This document shows, one piece after another, positions 18,587 to 29,090 of a DNA stretch of 64,000 nucleotides. Under the pieces are notes generated by a model. It was not told where the DNA came from. It searched no databases and was given only the letters and a program-made list of their open reading frames with translations. Position numbers and translations under genes: made by a program. Position 1 is the stretch's first letter, and each line of letters opens with the position of its first letter. This stretch comes from Acidimicrobiales bacterium (GTDB lineage Bacteria > Actinomycetota > Acidimicrobiia > Acidimicrobiales > JAUTXP01): the NCBI GenBank assembly GCA_035651095.1, contig DASRGI010000263.1, positions 1,080-65,079 of the forward strand, given 5' to 3'.

Positions 18587-19574
18587 GCAGCACCTTCACC
18601 GGCCCGCCCGGCCGGACCAGGTCTTGGAACGATGCCTCGGCGGCGTCGAGGGGGCGGATGTCGGACACCACCGTCTCGGTCGGCACCGCCCCGCCGGCCA
18701 CGTGGTCGACCGCCTCCCTGAACTCGTCGTCGGTGTAGGCGATGGAGGGGAGGACATCGACCTCCTTGATGACCCACAGCATCCCGGGCATGGCGTACAT
18801 CTCGCCGATGTCGACGACGCCGACCAGGACGAGCTGCCCGCCGGGCGTTGTTGCTTCGAGGGCGATGGGCAGGGTGGTGGTGACGCCGGCGGCGTCGAAG
18901 ATGACGTCGAAGGGATCGCCGGCGGTGCGCAGCAGGCGGCTGGCGTCGTCGGTCACCTGGACGTTGGGCCCCAGCGCGGCCGCCGCCGCCGCCCGGGTCT
19001 CGCTGCGCTCGGCCACCGTGATGCGCTCGACGCCGTGGTGGCGCAGGGCGGCGATGGTGAGCAGGCCCACCGGCCCGGCACCGATCACGCCGACGTTGGC
19101 ATTCGGGGCGGCGGCCCGGCTGCGGCGCACGGCATGGAGGGCCACGGCATAGGGCTCGACCAGGGCGCCCTGCTCGAAGCTCATGCCGTCGGGGACGGGG
19201 ATACAGCTGCGGGCCGGGGCCCTGACCAGTTCGGCGTAGGCGCCGTCGTTGAGGCCCAGGCCGATGGCGGTCATGGCCTGGGCCGGGCACAGATGGCTCT
19301 TGCCCGCCCGGCACTGCTCGCACGTCCCGTCCCGCCCGCTGGGGAGGACGGCCACCCGGGTGCCTGCCGGCAGGTCGCCAGCGATCACCGTTCCAGCGAA
19401 CTCGTGCCCCATCACCGCTCCGGGCGGGATGAAGCCGGAGTTCCGCAGGTGCAGGTCGCTGCCGCAGATGCCGCACCGCTCGACCTGGACGAGCACCTCG
19501 CCCGGGCCGGGCGTGGGCTCCGGCTTGTCCACCACGGCCAGCGCGCCGTCGGCCTGCACCGCCACCGCTCGCAT
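18567..19574 (-). CDS. zinc-dependent (MDR family) alcohol/threonine-type dehydrogenase
   Basis: Start at ATG 19574 (MRAVAVQ). Motifs CGICGSDLH, GHEFAG, structural-Zn CEQCRAGKSHLC, NAD loop GAGPVG. Confidence 0.85.
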   Translation of the reverse strand: MRAVAVQADGALAVVDKPEPTPGPGEVLVQVERCGICGSDLHLRNSGFIPPGAVMGHEFAGTVIAGDLPAGTRVAVLPSGRDGTCEQCRAGKSHLCPAQAMTAIGLGLNDGAYAELVRAPARSCIPVPDGMSFEQGALVEPYAVALHAVRRSRAAAPNANVGVIGAGPVGLLTIAALRHHGVERITVAERSETRAAAAAALGPNVQVTDDASRLLRTAGDPFDVIFDAAGVTTTLPIALEATTPGGQLVLVGVVDIGEMYAMPGMLWVIKEVDVLPSIAYTDDEFREAVDHVAGGAVPTETVVSDIRPLDAAEASFQDLVRPGGPVKVLLSPRSS

Positions 19575-19724
19575 GGCCCGGACTGTACGACCAACGTTGC
19601 CCGCCCGGCCCCGCCACCAAACGGCCGACGGGCCACAGAGGCTTACGGCCGTCGAGCGAAACACCCCGGGGACTCACCGAGCGATCCCGAGGTGTTTGCG
19701 AACACGGCCGTCAGGAGGGCGATG

Positions 19725-20180
19725 TCAGAAGGACAGATGGACGCTCATGAGGTTGTTTACTTCCACGACCATCCACTTCGCGGTGGCCGGTACCTTGAAC
19801 GTCCAGGGAACCGCCTGATTGGGCGAAGGCGTGCTGGTTCCCGCGCCCACTGGCACGCAATTGCCATCGTAGAACTGCCCTGACAAACCACCAGCCCCCA
19901 GAGCGTCTGCGAGTTGGGTGTGGGCCGCCGACCAGTGAACGCTGACCTGCTGGTTGGCGCGCGAACTGATGTCGATGACACGCGAGTCGATCCCATTCAC
20001 CGGGCTGTTGACGTACTCGGGATGACACCCCGACAGCTGCCAGGCGCTTCCCAGGGAGATGAAGACAGTCGCCTTGTTCGGCCCGACGATGTCGTATTCG
20101 TCGGCGCTGGTTCCCCCGACCATGCCGAGGAGGGCGGTTGCCGCCAGGACCGCTCCCAGTAATGCCCTCTTCTTCTGCAT
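19725..20180 (-). CDS. secreted hypothetical protein
   Basis: Start at ATG 20180 gives signal peptide MQKKRALLGAVLAATALLGMVGG. 151 aa in the lower-GC region. No family recognised. Confidence 0.55.
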   Translation of the reverse strand: MQKKRALLGAVLAATALLGMVGGTSADEYDIVGPNKATVFISLGSAWQLSGCHPEYVNSPVNGIDSRVIDISSRANQQVSVHWSAAHTQLADALGAGGLSGQFYDGNCVPVGAGTSTPSPNQAVPWTFKVPATAKWMVVEVNNLMSVHLSF

Positions 20181-20585
20181 TGCTGTGTCCTTTCGTGATT
20201 CGACGACGCTGCGGGGCACCGACCACATGGGCGGTTCAGGAACTATTACGTCCGAAACATGCCTTGGTGTCGAAAAAGAACGGATTTGTCGCTCGTACCC
20301 CTTCGCCACCTTCCCCGGCTCGCTTCACCGACGCCGGTCGCGACTCCCCCGCTGTCTTGCCACGATGCGCCGTGTCCGTCAGCGAGGGCGAGGCCCCCGT
20401 CGGGATCTGAGCAGCCACCCTCCTGCTCCTACCGTGCTGCGGCCGTGGGCCGGTGCTCACCGGACAGCATGCACAGGTGCGCCAATCAAGCGGTCCGAGA
20501 AATTTCGACACGCTTGGCCCGGAGCGTCGTAATGAAGGGGTGGAGGGTGCAGAGGCGCTCTCCATCCACTATCGGGAGGAAATAC

Positions 20586-21110
20586 ATGAGGAAGATCCTC
20601 GCTCGGCTGGGCGTCTTCGCAGCCGTGCTGTCTACGGTGGCGATGCTGGTCCCCAGCTCCGCCTATGGCGCCAGCCAGGTGGCGGCAGGTGGGGTCGGGC
20701 ACGGCACCATCTCGCCCGGTTTGACCACGACCCCGACGGCCCAAAGCGTGTCGTTCCAGTCGGACGTCTTCATCGGCGGCGGCGTGAGCACGGACCCCAA
20801 CGCTGCTACAGGAACGGTGAACTGCACCTTCAACGGCAGCAGCACGTTGCCCGGTGGCGAGACCGTCGCCCAGGGCGGCGGCAGCGTCACCGGTAGCTGC
20901 ACCGTGGCCGCGGGTGTCGGTGTTGGCCAATCCGTCAACTGCACCGTCAGCTACTCGCGTGTTGGCAATGTTGTCGTCATCACCGTCAACTGCACGTTCG
21001 GTACGCACCACTCCACCGGTGGCGGCGTCTTCCTCTTCGTGCCGACGAGCGTCAACCCGACCACGTCGTACGAGTTGGTTGGCACAGCGGCTGCGGTAGG
21101 AACCGACTAA
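20586..21110 (+). CDS. secreted hypothetical protein with internal (V)NCT(F/V) repeats
   Basis: ATG 20586 is preceded by gggagga. Signal peptide MRKILARLGVFAAVLSTVAMLVPSSAYG. Contains three VNCT motifs plus one related GSCTV motif. Confidence 0.65.
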   Translation: MRKILARLGVFAAVLSTVAMLVPSSAYGASQVAAGGVGHGTISPGLTTTPTAQSVSFQSDVFIGGGVSTDPNAATGTVNCTFNGSSTLPGGETVAQGGGSVTGSCTVAAGVGVGQSVNCTVSYSRVGNVVVITVNCTFGTHHSTGGGVFLFVPTSVNPTTSYELVGTAAAVGTD

Positions 21111-21141
21111 CAACCTCTCCGTATGCAAGACCCGTAGCACA

Positions 21142-21170
21142 AGGGCCGGGGTGCAACGCACCCCGGCCCT
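21142..21170 (+). terminator. stem-loop downstream of the secreted-protein gene
   Basis: agggccggggtgc-aac-gcaccccggccct is a 13-bp perfect stem. The T tail is weak (tcaactt). Confidence 0.5.
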
Positions 21171-21675
21171 TCAACTTGCCGGCCAGCTACATCGGTGAGG
21201 GTGTGGGAGCCGTCCTCCCCGGCGGTGCTGGCCAGGTTCGAGGGAACCAGCAGCGTCCCTCTTGTGGCTCCAGGTCGGTTCGACCGGCCGTATGCCTGCG
21301 GCAGGTGCTGTCAGACCTAACCAACTGCGGTGCGGACCGTGAATGACGACTTGTGGGGAACGGTCTCACGGGCTGGCGTGCCCTGTCGGAAAAACCTCGA
21401 CACGCTGACCGATCGGCGACGTAGTAACAGGATGCAAGCGTTGCGCGCGTCCCTGCCTGGTGACGCCCGGAAGGACAGCATGACGAAGACCGCAGCTGCC
21501 GAGATCGACTGCACCCGAGGGTGCGATCGATGCTCGCTCCAAGATCACTCCAAGAACGCTCATGGTCGAACGCCATGCACCCGATGCACTCGGGAGCCGC
21601 GTTCCCTCCAGTTCACCAGTAGCCAGTCCCGTTGGTAACGCAGTTCTCAGCCACACTCAAACAATTCGAACTGAC

Positions 21676-24384
21676 ATGAAACTCATACGCGCAACCCATC
21701 CGCGGTCCCAACGTCTGGCCAGAATTGTCCGGATTATCACGTGCGGAATGCTCGTCGCTTCTGTCGCGGCGGGGATGGTAGCCCCGCGTGCGCGGGCTGC
21801 TGACGATGTCACCACCGTGGTTGGGACGTGGCACCCGACGAACCTACCTCCAGGCGTGGCGCCAGATCAGTTCTATCAAGAGGCGCAGTTGTATCCCGAC
21901 GTGGGCGGGCGGCGGCTCTACGTGTACGGAGCGGCGACCCACTGGTTTGCGGCCTATGACCTCGATTCGCTCCAACCCATCGGCGCGGGCCTCAAGCTCC
22001 CGGACACGGCGACTGCTTTCTACGTGGACCCTGTCGGGGGGCGAATATTCGTCGGGTTTCAGAACGACCTTACCCAGCAGGTCCATCTTGACGAGTTCGT
22101 GACGCGATCATCTGGCGTCGTCCGGGTGGCCACGATCGATCTCACGGCCCAGCTGTTGGCGCGCGCCATTGTCGGCATGTACCACGAATTGGGTACGGAT
22201 CTGATGTGGGTCTTGGCGAACCGGTCAGCCACGGGTAGCGGGGCTCCGGCCGTAGCGATCGGGGAGTTGGGGCTGCACGACTTCGAGACGGGTGGGAGCC
22301 ATGCTTGGCACTGGCAGACCCCGAAGGAACTGCCAGAATGTCAGTTCACGCTGCACAACAACCTGAATGTGGCTGCCGGCCTCGGCTACGAGCCCACGCA
22401 TCATTCGCTGTACTTCGGTTGTGGTAACCCGCCCCTGCAAGCTCCCGAGAAGGTGGCGCGAGGCGTCGGGCGCCTCGAGTTGAATATCGCTCCCGATGGT
22501 CAATCGACGACCCCCGGCAACATGGCCATGTTCTCTCACAGCGGCGATTTCGCCCAAGCCGACTCCCTCTTCGACCCCGTCTCTCGTCGATTGACGCTCT
22601 CGGCCTATGCGTCCGTGACGCAGGGTTCCACCGTCTTTGTCTTCGACACGGTCGGGGAAAAGTATGTGGGAGGCATCACGGCGGGAAGTCTGGCCATTGC
22701 GCAAGTCGGCCTCGATGCCGTTCACGGGCGGTTCTACGGAATGAGTCAGTGGCCGTACACCGGGCTCATTCTTGCCGATGTTCGAGCCACGCCCTCCACG
22801 CAGGGTGCATCTGTCCCAGCATTGGCAAAACACAACGGACACCAGCCAGCTGGGACCCATCTCGCATCTGACCCTCAGACTGGGCGCCTCTTCCTCAAGT
22901 ATTCCGCTGACACCGACTTTGTCATTGTTCGCGATAACCTGCCCCAGTTTGTGCAAGTTCCGCCGCTTGATGTCGATGCCAATACGGTTAATGTGCCTGA
23001 AGAGGCAGGCAAGACGCTGGCGACGTACTCCGGGGCATCCCAAGCATTCGGATCCCGTGTGCGACAGATCGGTGGTGCCGACGCCATCTTCGTCAATACT
23101 TCGGGAGTTACTGCACCGCTGCCCGTGGGCCCAGGCACCCGACAGTATGTCGGGGCCTACTTGAACCGCCTCCAGCTCGGCAACAACGAGTCCACTGCCT
23201 CGGCCATTGGTGCGGATACGGACACGGAGAACACGAAGGGCGATCTCAACAAGGCTGCAGCGCCACCGCCCCCTTCACCCCCCGACGGGACGCCGCCGCC
23301 ACCCCAGCCACCCGCAGGGACGCCACCTCCGCCCGTTGCTACGCCCAATCCATTTGAACCTGCAGCCGGCTGGCCGTACCTCGAAGCCTTGTGTTCCGAT
23401 TTCGGGGACACGCCTGGTGTCGATTCGCATCCTGGAGCGTCAGTGTCCTGCCACGCCTCTGAACACGTTGCCCAGGCCAGCGCCGCGGCGGGGTCTACTG
23501 ACGTTGGAAGCGCCGGTGTGGTGACGGTCGGGGTCAATGCCAGTTCGTTCACCTCCCATCTCACCCTCGATCCGGACCACGGTGTTGTCACCGAGGTGAG
23601 CGCGTCAAGTCGAGGAATCAGCTTGTTGAACGGCCGCCTTCACATCGGTGAAGTGGCGTCAGTGGCCCGAGCGCAAGCGCGTGGGCGACCGGGGACCACC
23701 GCGTCGTCGTGGTCGCGCACGGTCAAGAACGTGACTTTGGATGGCAATACGCTCTGCGGCGACCCGTGTGATATCCAAGCTCTCGCCGCGCAACTCAACG
23801 GCAGCTTGGTTGGCCTGGCGAAGGTTGACTTTCCTACGCCTCAGCCGAACACTGCCTCGAAAGGTGGGTACGAGGCGACCGTCCGAATCGACCCTTTGGA
23901 GCATGTCGAGGATGTCCTCGTGAACGAACAGCCTGATGACCGCATCGAGGTTCCCGGCATGGTCGTGACCATTTTCCAGGATGGGTTCAAGCCATCGCGG
24001 ACGATCGTTGACTTTGCGGGGGTCGAGGCCGAGGCTCGATATGGCATCTCACTCGTTGAGCAGCCTGGAGGCTCCCTGTCAGGTGGACCCCTGCCTGTTG
24101 CGGATTTGTTGGCCGGCAACGTTCCAGGAGTTGGTCAGGGTCCGATCTTCGGGATCGAGCCGGGCGCGGCGGGCGATCTGGGGCCGGCCGCGCCTCTGGG
24201 CCGGCCCCGCCAACTTGCGTTGGGAAGCCCTCTCAATGGCCCAGGGCGCATTCTCATGAACGGTCTCCGACGTGTGGCGGCGCTGCTGCCTATCTGGGCG
24301 TTGCTCCTGATCCCGATCTACCTCTCCGCCCGACGGTGGCTCTTACTGCAACGCGGTGGCCTTATTCTTGGAGGGAAGCCTTGA
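21676..24384 (+). CDS. large exported/anchored hypothetical protein (902 aa) with proline-rich linker and C-terminal TM helix
   Basis: ATG 21676 in track ORF 21562..24384. N-terminal signal/anchor IITCGMLVASVAAGMVAP, PPPPSPPDGTPPPPQPPAGTPPPP linker, C-terminal LLPIWALLLIPIYL. No family recognised. Confidence 0.7.
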   Translation: MKLIRATHPRSQRLARIVRIITCGMLVASVAAGMVAPRARAADDVTTVVGTWHPTNLPPGVAPDQFYQEAQLYPDVGGRRLYVYGAATHWFAAYDLDSLQPIGAGLKLPDTATAFYVDPVGGRIFVGFQNDLTQQVHLDEFVTRSSGVVRVATIDLTAQLLARAIVGMYHELGTDLMWVLANRSATGSGAPAVAIGELGLHDFETGGSHAWHWQTPKELPECQFTLHNNLNVAAGLGYEPTHHSLYFGCGNPPLQAPEKVARGVGRLELNIAPDGQSTTPGNMAMFSHSGDFAQADSLFDPVSRRLTLSAYASVTQGSTVFVFDTVGEKYVGGITAGSLAIAQVGLDAVHGRFYGMSQWPYTGLILADVRATPSTQGASVPALAKHNGHQPAGTHLASDPQTGRLFLKYSADTDFVIVRDNLPQFVQVPPLDVDANTVNVPEEAGKTLATYSGASQAFGSRVRQIGGADAIFVNTSGVTAPLPVGPGTRQYVGAYLNRLQLGNNESTASAIGADTDTENTKGDLNKAAAPPPPSPPDGTPPPPQPPAGTPPPPVATPNPFEPAAGWPYLEALCSDFGDTPGVDSHPGASVSCHASEHVAQASAAAGSTDVGSAGVVTVGVNASSFTSHLTLDPDHGVVTEVSASSRGISLLNGRLHIGEVASVARAQARGRPGTTASSWSRTVKNVTLDGNTLCGDPCDIQALAAQLNGSLVGLAKVDFPTPQPNTASKGGYEATVRIDPLEHVEDVLVNEQPDDRIEVPGMVVTIFQDGFKPSRTIVDFAGVEAEARYGISLVEQPGGSLSGGPLPVADLLAGNVPGVGQGPIFGIEPGAAGDLGPAAPLGRPRQLALGSPLNGPGRILMNGLRRVAALLPIWALLLIPIYLSARRWLLLQRGGLILGGKP

Positions 24385-25907
24385 AACGCAGTGACCCTGC
24401 AGTGGGGAGCGCCCTGTTGACGCTCGGGGTGATAGTCGCAGCTGGTGTGCTTCTGTCGCTGGTGACCATCGTTCCTTCAGGAAGTGGCTCCGGTCAGGGC
24501 GGCGCCCAGATTGCAGCAGCAGGCGACGCGGGTGGGCCGGGTGCGCAGGACGCGGGCACCGGTCCGGCAACGAATGGTGCGACGTCTCAGGCAGCTGGAT
24601 CTGGCGCCACCCAGGCGGCAGCCGGCGCAGCCGCCGGTGGACAAGCGTCGGGCATCGCCAAGTCGACCCCTGTCAGCCTTTCCTGCGCAGCAGGCTCCAA
24701 TGGAGGCAACACTGATGTCGGCGTGTCGGCATCGTCCATCAAACTTGCCGCTACGGTCGTGGCCGATGGCCCGGGCTCGAGCTTCCTGGGACCGGTTCGG
24801 ACCGGAATCACCACCGTGCTCGACAAGATAAACAATAGCGGTGGAGTCTGCGGACGGCGGCTCGACCTCACGCTCCGGAACGACTCGTGGGACGCGGCCC
24901 GGGGTAAGCAATACATTCAGAATTTCGTGGAGGGCGACAAGGTATTTGCTCTCGCCGTGGTGCCCTCGTCGGAGGGTCTTCGAGAAGCTGACGCCTACAT
25001 CCAGCAACAGAAGGTTCCGGTTGTCGGGACCGACGGCATGCTGATCCATCAGTATAAGAATCCCTGGATCTGGCCTGTTGCCACGTCGACCATCTCAACC
25101 ATGCACGCCATGGCGAAGAATGCTGCCGATCGGGGAAGCAAGCGTTTCGGAATCGTCTTTGACGCCCAGTACCACTTTGGAGTGGAAGGCGCCTTCGCAT
25201 TCAACCAGGCTGTCAAGCGCCTTACGGGCGACAACATTCCAGGCTTCGACTCTCAGTTGAAGAGCTGCACTGGGCGCTTCTGCGGGATCCAGCCGGGCAA
25301 ACCGAGTTACAGCGGTGATGCGAAGCAGTTCAATGACGCGTGCTTCTCCGGCGCGGGCACCTGCGACTTTATCGCCTACCTGCTCGAGCCCGATACGGCA
25401 CTCAGTTTTCTTCGAGAGGGCCGGCCCGCTAACCCCCAGATCGGATTTGCCGGCGCACAACCTCTCTTTACCCGTCCGTTCGCGGAAAATTGCCAGCGGC
25501 CATGTGACGGCATGTGGGTGTGGACCGGTTACAACCCGCCCCTTGAATCTCTGGCGAGTGATCCCGACGTCGCACGTTACGTCAACGAAGTGCATCAGGA
25601 GTCTGCCTCGGCGGACACGACCAACCAATTCCTTGAGGGCGGCTACATCGGCATGTCGCTCATGGTCCAAGCACTCCAGAAGGTCGGTCCAGCGCTCACG
25701 CGTCAAAACCTCAAGAATGTCTTGGACTCGATGACCTTCTCGAGCGGCTTGACCAGTCCGCTCGCGTGGAGGCCCGGGAACCACTTCGCGAATGTATCTG
25801 CCCAAGCGTTCGAGATTCAGTACAAACAGTCGTTCAACGGTTGGCGGAAGGCGACGTCCTTCATTGCCGACCCCTGGGTTGGCGAAGATATCCCGAGTGG
25901 AGAGTAG
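24381..25907 (+). CDS. ABC transporter substrate-binding protein (LivJ / branched-chain amino-acid type) with N-terminal TM anchor and Ala/Gly/Gln-rich linker
   Basis: TTG 24381 overlaps the upstream TGA. GGAGGG sits 5 nt upstream. An alternative ATG 24336 is in frame. The body resembles type I periplasmic binding proteins. Confidence 0.75.
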   Translation: MKRSDPAVGSALLTLGVIVAAGVLLSLVTIVPSGSGSGQGGAQIAAAGDAGGPGAQDAGTGPATNGATSQAAGSGATQAAAGAAAGGQASGIAKSTPVSLSCAAGSNGGNTDVGVSASSIKLAATVVADGPGSSFLGPVRTGITTVLDKINNSGGVCGRRLDLTLRNDSWDAARGKQYIQNFVEGDKVFALAVVPSSEGLREADAYIQQQKVPVVGTDGMLIHQYKNPWIWPVATSTISTMHAMAKNAADRGSKRFGIVFDAQYHFGVEGAFAFNQAVKRLTGDNIPGFDSQLKSCTGRFCGIQPGKPSYSGDAKQFNDACFSGAGTCDFIAYLLEPDTALSFLREGRPANPQIGFAGAQPLFTRPFAENCQRPCDGMWVWTGYNPPLESLASDPDVARYVNEVHQESASADTTNQFLEGGYIGMSLMVQALQKVGPALTRQNLKNVLDSMTFSSGLTSPLAWRPGNHFANVSAQAFEIQYKQSFNGWRKATSFIADPWVGEDIPSGE

Positions 25908-25913
25908 AGAGCG

Positions 25914-28900
25914 GTGCTCGTAAAATTTGGTCTCTATCTGTTGCTCTCGCTCCCGCTCATCGGCGCCTATGCGATGCTCGCCATCGGAATCGTCGTTGTC
26001 TTCCGAGCGTCGAAGGTTCTGAACCTCGCCCATGGTGCCATGGCAATGCTGCCGGCCTATATCACGTATGAGGCTTCAAAGCGGGGCATTTCCATGTTCT
26101 TCGCCGTACCCTTGGGTGTCGGCGCCGGGGCTCTCTTGGGGATGGCGACGGAACGGCTGTTCGTCCGGCCTCTTGCACGGCAGGGGGCCACCGCTCAGAC
26201 GGTTGGCACCGTTGCCGTGTACGGACTCGTTGTGGCCGGGGCGGCCCAGATTTGGGGCTCGGGCTCAAAAACTGCTCCGCTCGTATTCCCGGCCGGGGGT
26301 GTGCACGTGGCAGGCGCACTGCTTCGATGGGGCCAGCTCGGACTGTTCACGGTCGCGCTCGCGAGCGCGGCCGGATTCTATGCCTTGTTCCGCTTTACTG
26401 GCATCGGCCTCGCCATGCGTGGTGCCGCCGAGAACCCGAGGGCCGCCGGCCTGATGGGAATCAACCCGGAGCGAATGGCCCGATTCGCGTGGATGCTCGG
26501 AGGATCGCTGGCGGCCCTTGCCGGCATTCTGTTGGCGTCCGTCACCAACCTGCAGCCGTACTCACTGTCGCTGCAAATGTTGCCCGCGTTCGTGGCGGCA
26601 CTCGTGGGCGGCTTTGGCAGCCTTCTCGGGGCCCTCGCGGGCGCATTCGCGGTCGGTGTGGCTGAGGGCATGGTTCCGGCGTTCAGCCTCGTCCCGGGAA
26701 TTCGTCGTATCGCAACCCAAGTCGGCATGCCACAACTCGTGCTTACGGTGCTCGCTCTCGGAGTCATGTACTACCGAGGTAGCAAGTTCTCGGTCGGGGA
26801 CAGCAGGGCTGCGTTGGCAGGAGACGCCGATGCGACGCCGATTCATACGGCCTTCGACACCTCAAGGCTCCCTCGAAGGGGCGGAAGCAAGCGTCTATTG
26901 AGGTATGCCATACTGCTCTCATTGCTCGCGTGGCCCTTCTTTGGCGTCCCGAGTTTTCTACATCCCCTGGATACGTACTCGCTCCTGGGCGACGCGATAC
27001 TCGCCGGTGGCTACTTCATCGCCGCGTCGTCGATCGTCATGTTGACCGGCTGGGTGGGCCAGATCTCGTTGTCTCAAGCGGCATTCGTCGGTATCAGTGC
27101 ATTCAGTTCTGCCTTGCTCTCACGACATTACGGGATCGGCTTCCCATTGAGCTTGATCGTCGGGGCCTGCATGTCGGCTTGTGCGTCGGCAGTCCTCGGA
27201 GTCGTGGCGCTTCGTGTCCGAGGCCTGTACTTGGCGGTGGCAACGCTGATCTTTGCCTGGATGGCCGACGAGTACCTATTCATAGTGCCCTGGTTTGCCG
27301 GCAAGGGCGGGAGTGCAGCGATCAAGAACCATCCCGTCGGAGTGCACGGCGCGTTTCCGTATTTCGACTTTAGCGATCGGCGAACGTTCTATTTTGTAAT
27401 GATCGCGGCCGCGTCGTCGGTTTTATTTGGATTGCTCAATCTACGCGACTCAAAGACCGGGCGAGCGTTCTTCGCGATCCGAGGTTCGGAGTCCGCCGCA
27501 GCCTCACTCGGTATTGATGTCATCCGATATAAGCTCGTCGCGTTCGCAACGGCGGGCTTTGTGGCTGGCATTGCTGGGAACCTCATTCTGACTCACCAGG
27601 ATACGGTTGTTCCCGACCAGTTTTCCCTGAAGGTCTCCCTCCTCTTTCTAGCGATTGCTGTGGTTGGTGGCCTACGAAGCCTCCACGGCACCGTGGCGGC
27701 GTCGGTTGTCTTTGCTGCTCTGTCCGAGCTGTTCTTTCGTGTCCCAGCTCTCGGAGAGTACCTTCAACTTGTCTCGGCGCTGCTCCTTGCTGTGATCTTG
27801 TTGGTGTATCCCGGGGGCCTCGCGGCTGTGCCGCGGGATTTGCGGCGTGTGTGGCGTCGGATCGACGTGCTGCTGCAGCATAAGAAGACCGTCCCCATAC
27901 GAGATAGGGCCATAGCGTTCTGTCGACAGATGGCGAAGGGAGCCGAGGCGACGGAGGCGCTGATTGCCGAGCGGGTAGTCGCCGTACGCCAGGCGATTGG
28001 CCGGCAGATCGCCCGGGTGCCCGTGTTCCAGCGGGTGCCAGCCCTGGCGACGGTGGGAGCAGGCCCAACGGAGCGCAGGCTCACCGGCTTGGTGGTGCCC
28101 ATCGAGGATGCGCTTGCCGGACCCCTGGGACCCGGCGCGGACGCTGTCGAAGGTGAGAAGGACGTCGACGCGGACGCGCTTGACGTGGGTGGCGCGAATG
28201 GCGAATTGGAAGGTGGCCGGAAGTTGCACAGCATGCATGACCTGGGTCTTGACCTGAAGACGTCATACCAGGCTCGCGGTACGGTCATTCGGGCACAAAA
28301 CATCACGGTGCGCTTCGGCGGACTTACCGCTGTCAACGATGTGTCGCTGGAGGTCCGAGCCGGGCAGATTGTTGGCCTCATCGGGCCGAACGGCGCAGGG
28401 AAGACCACCCTGTTCAACGCCATCTCGGGGCTGAACAGTCCGACGTCGGGAAGCGTCAGCCTCTTCGGCGAAGATGTCACTGTCCTACCCGTCCACGAAC
28501 GTGCCGCGCGGGGCTTGGGCCGCACCTTCCAGGTGATTCAGCTCTTCCCCGAACTTACCGTCTTCGAGAACCTCCTCGTGGCAACCCACTTGCACAACCC
28601 CTCCACTTTGCTGTCGAACGTGGTGGTGACGGCGAAATCTGTACGGGCTGAGCTGGCCGCCGAGGAGACGTGTCGGCGCGTGGTGCGCTTTCTCGGTCTC
28701 GAGGAGATTGCTGACCGCCCGGTCGCCGGACTGCCGTTTGGCACGCTGCGCATGATCGAGATCGGCAGGGCGTTGGTTACTGGGGCGCCTGCACTCATGC
28801 TCGACGAACCCGCGTCTGGGCTCGACAATAGAGAGACCGACAAGCTGACTGAACTCCTTCTGTTCGTGCGCAACGAGCTGAACCTCTCGATTCTGCTCAT

Positions 28901-29090
28901 CGAGCACGACGTCCGCATGGTCACCGGCGTAAGCGACTACATGTACGTGCTGAACCGAGGGGTCATGCTAGCGGAGGGCAAGCCGGCCGATATCCAACGA
29001 GACCCTGCTGTTGTCGCGGCCTACTTGGGTGAGCCGATCTCGGATCGAGGCAGCGAGACCGATGTTGCCGAGGCGGAGGTAATGGCCTGA
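25914..29090 (+). CDS. fused ABC importer: LivH-like permease + LivM-like permease + LivG-like ATPase in one 1058-aa ORF
   Basis: No stop across the whole ORF. N-terminal permease LPLIGAYAMLAIG...NLAHGA. Second permease GWVGQISLSQAAFVGI. Walker A GPNGAGKTT, signature PASGLDNRE (degenerate LSGGQ position), Walker B LMLDEPASGLD. Confidence 0.85.
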   Translation: MLVKFGLYLLLSLPLIGAYAMLAIGIVVVFRASKVLNLAHGAMAMLPAYITYEASKRGISMFFAVPLGVGAGALLGMATERLFVRPLARQGATAQTVGTVAVYGLVVAGAAQIWGSGSKTAPLVFPAGGVHVAGALLRWGQLGLFTVALASAAGFYALFRFTGIGLAMRGAAENPRAAGLMGINPERMARFAWMLGGSLAALAGILLASVTNLQPYSLSLQMLPAFVAALVGGFGSLLGALAGAFAVGVAEGMVPAFSLVPGIRRIATQVGMPQLVLTVLALGVMYYRGSKFSVGDSRAALAGDADATPIHTAFDTSRLPRRGGSKRLLRYAILLSLLAWPFFGVPSFLHPLDTYSLLGDAILAGGYFIAASSIVMLTGWVGQISLSQAAFVGISAFSSALLSRHYGIGFPLSLIVGACMSACASAVLGVVALRVRGLYLAVATLIFAWMADEYLFIVPWFAGKGGSAAIKNHPVGVHGAFPYFDFSDRRTFYFVMIAAASSVLFGLLNLRDSKTGRAFFAIRGSESAAASLGIDVIRYKLVAFATAGFVAGIAGNLILTHQDTVVPDQFSLKVSLLFLAIAVVGGLRSLHGTVAASVVFAALSELFFRVPALGEYLQLVSALLLAVILLVYPGGLAAVPRDLRRVWRRIDVLLQHKKTVPIRDRAIAFCRQMAKGAEATEALIAERVVAVRQAIGRQIARVPVFQRVPALATVGAGPTERRLTGLVVPIEDALAGPLGPGADAVEGEKDVDADALDVGGANGELEGGRKLHSMHDLGLDLKTSYQARGTVIRAQNITVRFGGLTAVNDVSLEVRAGQIVGLIGPNGAGKTTLFNAISGLNSPTSGSVSLFGEDVTVLPVHERAARGLGRTFQVIQLFPELTVFENLLVATHLHNPSTLLSNVVVTAKSVRAELAAEETCRRVVRFLGLEEIADRPVAGLPFGTLRMIEIGRALVTGAPALMLDEPASGLDNRETDKLTELLLFVRNELNLSILLIEHDVRMVTGVSDYMYVLNRGVMLAEGKPADIQRDPAVVAAYLGEPISDRGSETDVAEAEVMA

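Noticed and set aside
21111-21675. 565-nt AT-richer intergenic region upstream of the 902-aa gene, examined for a riboswitch or small gene.
   Set aside because: I recognised no conserved riboswitch core. The ORFs there (e.g. 21187..21576, 21330..21638) have non-protein-like composition. Left unannotated.
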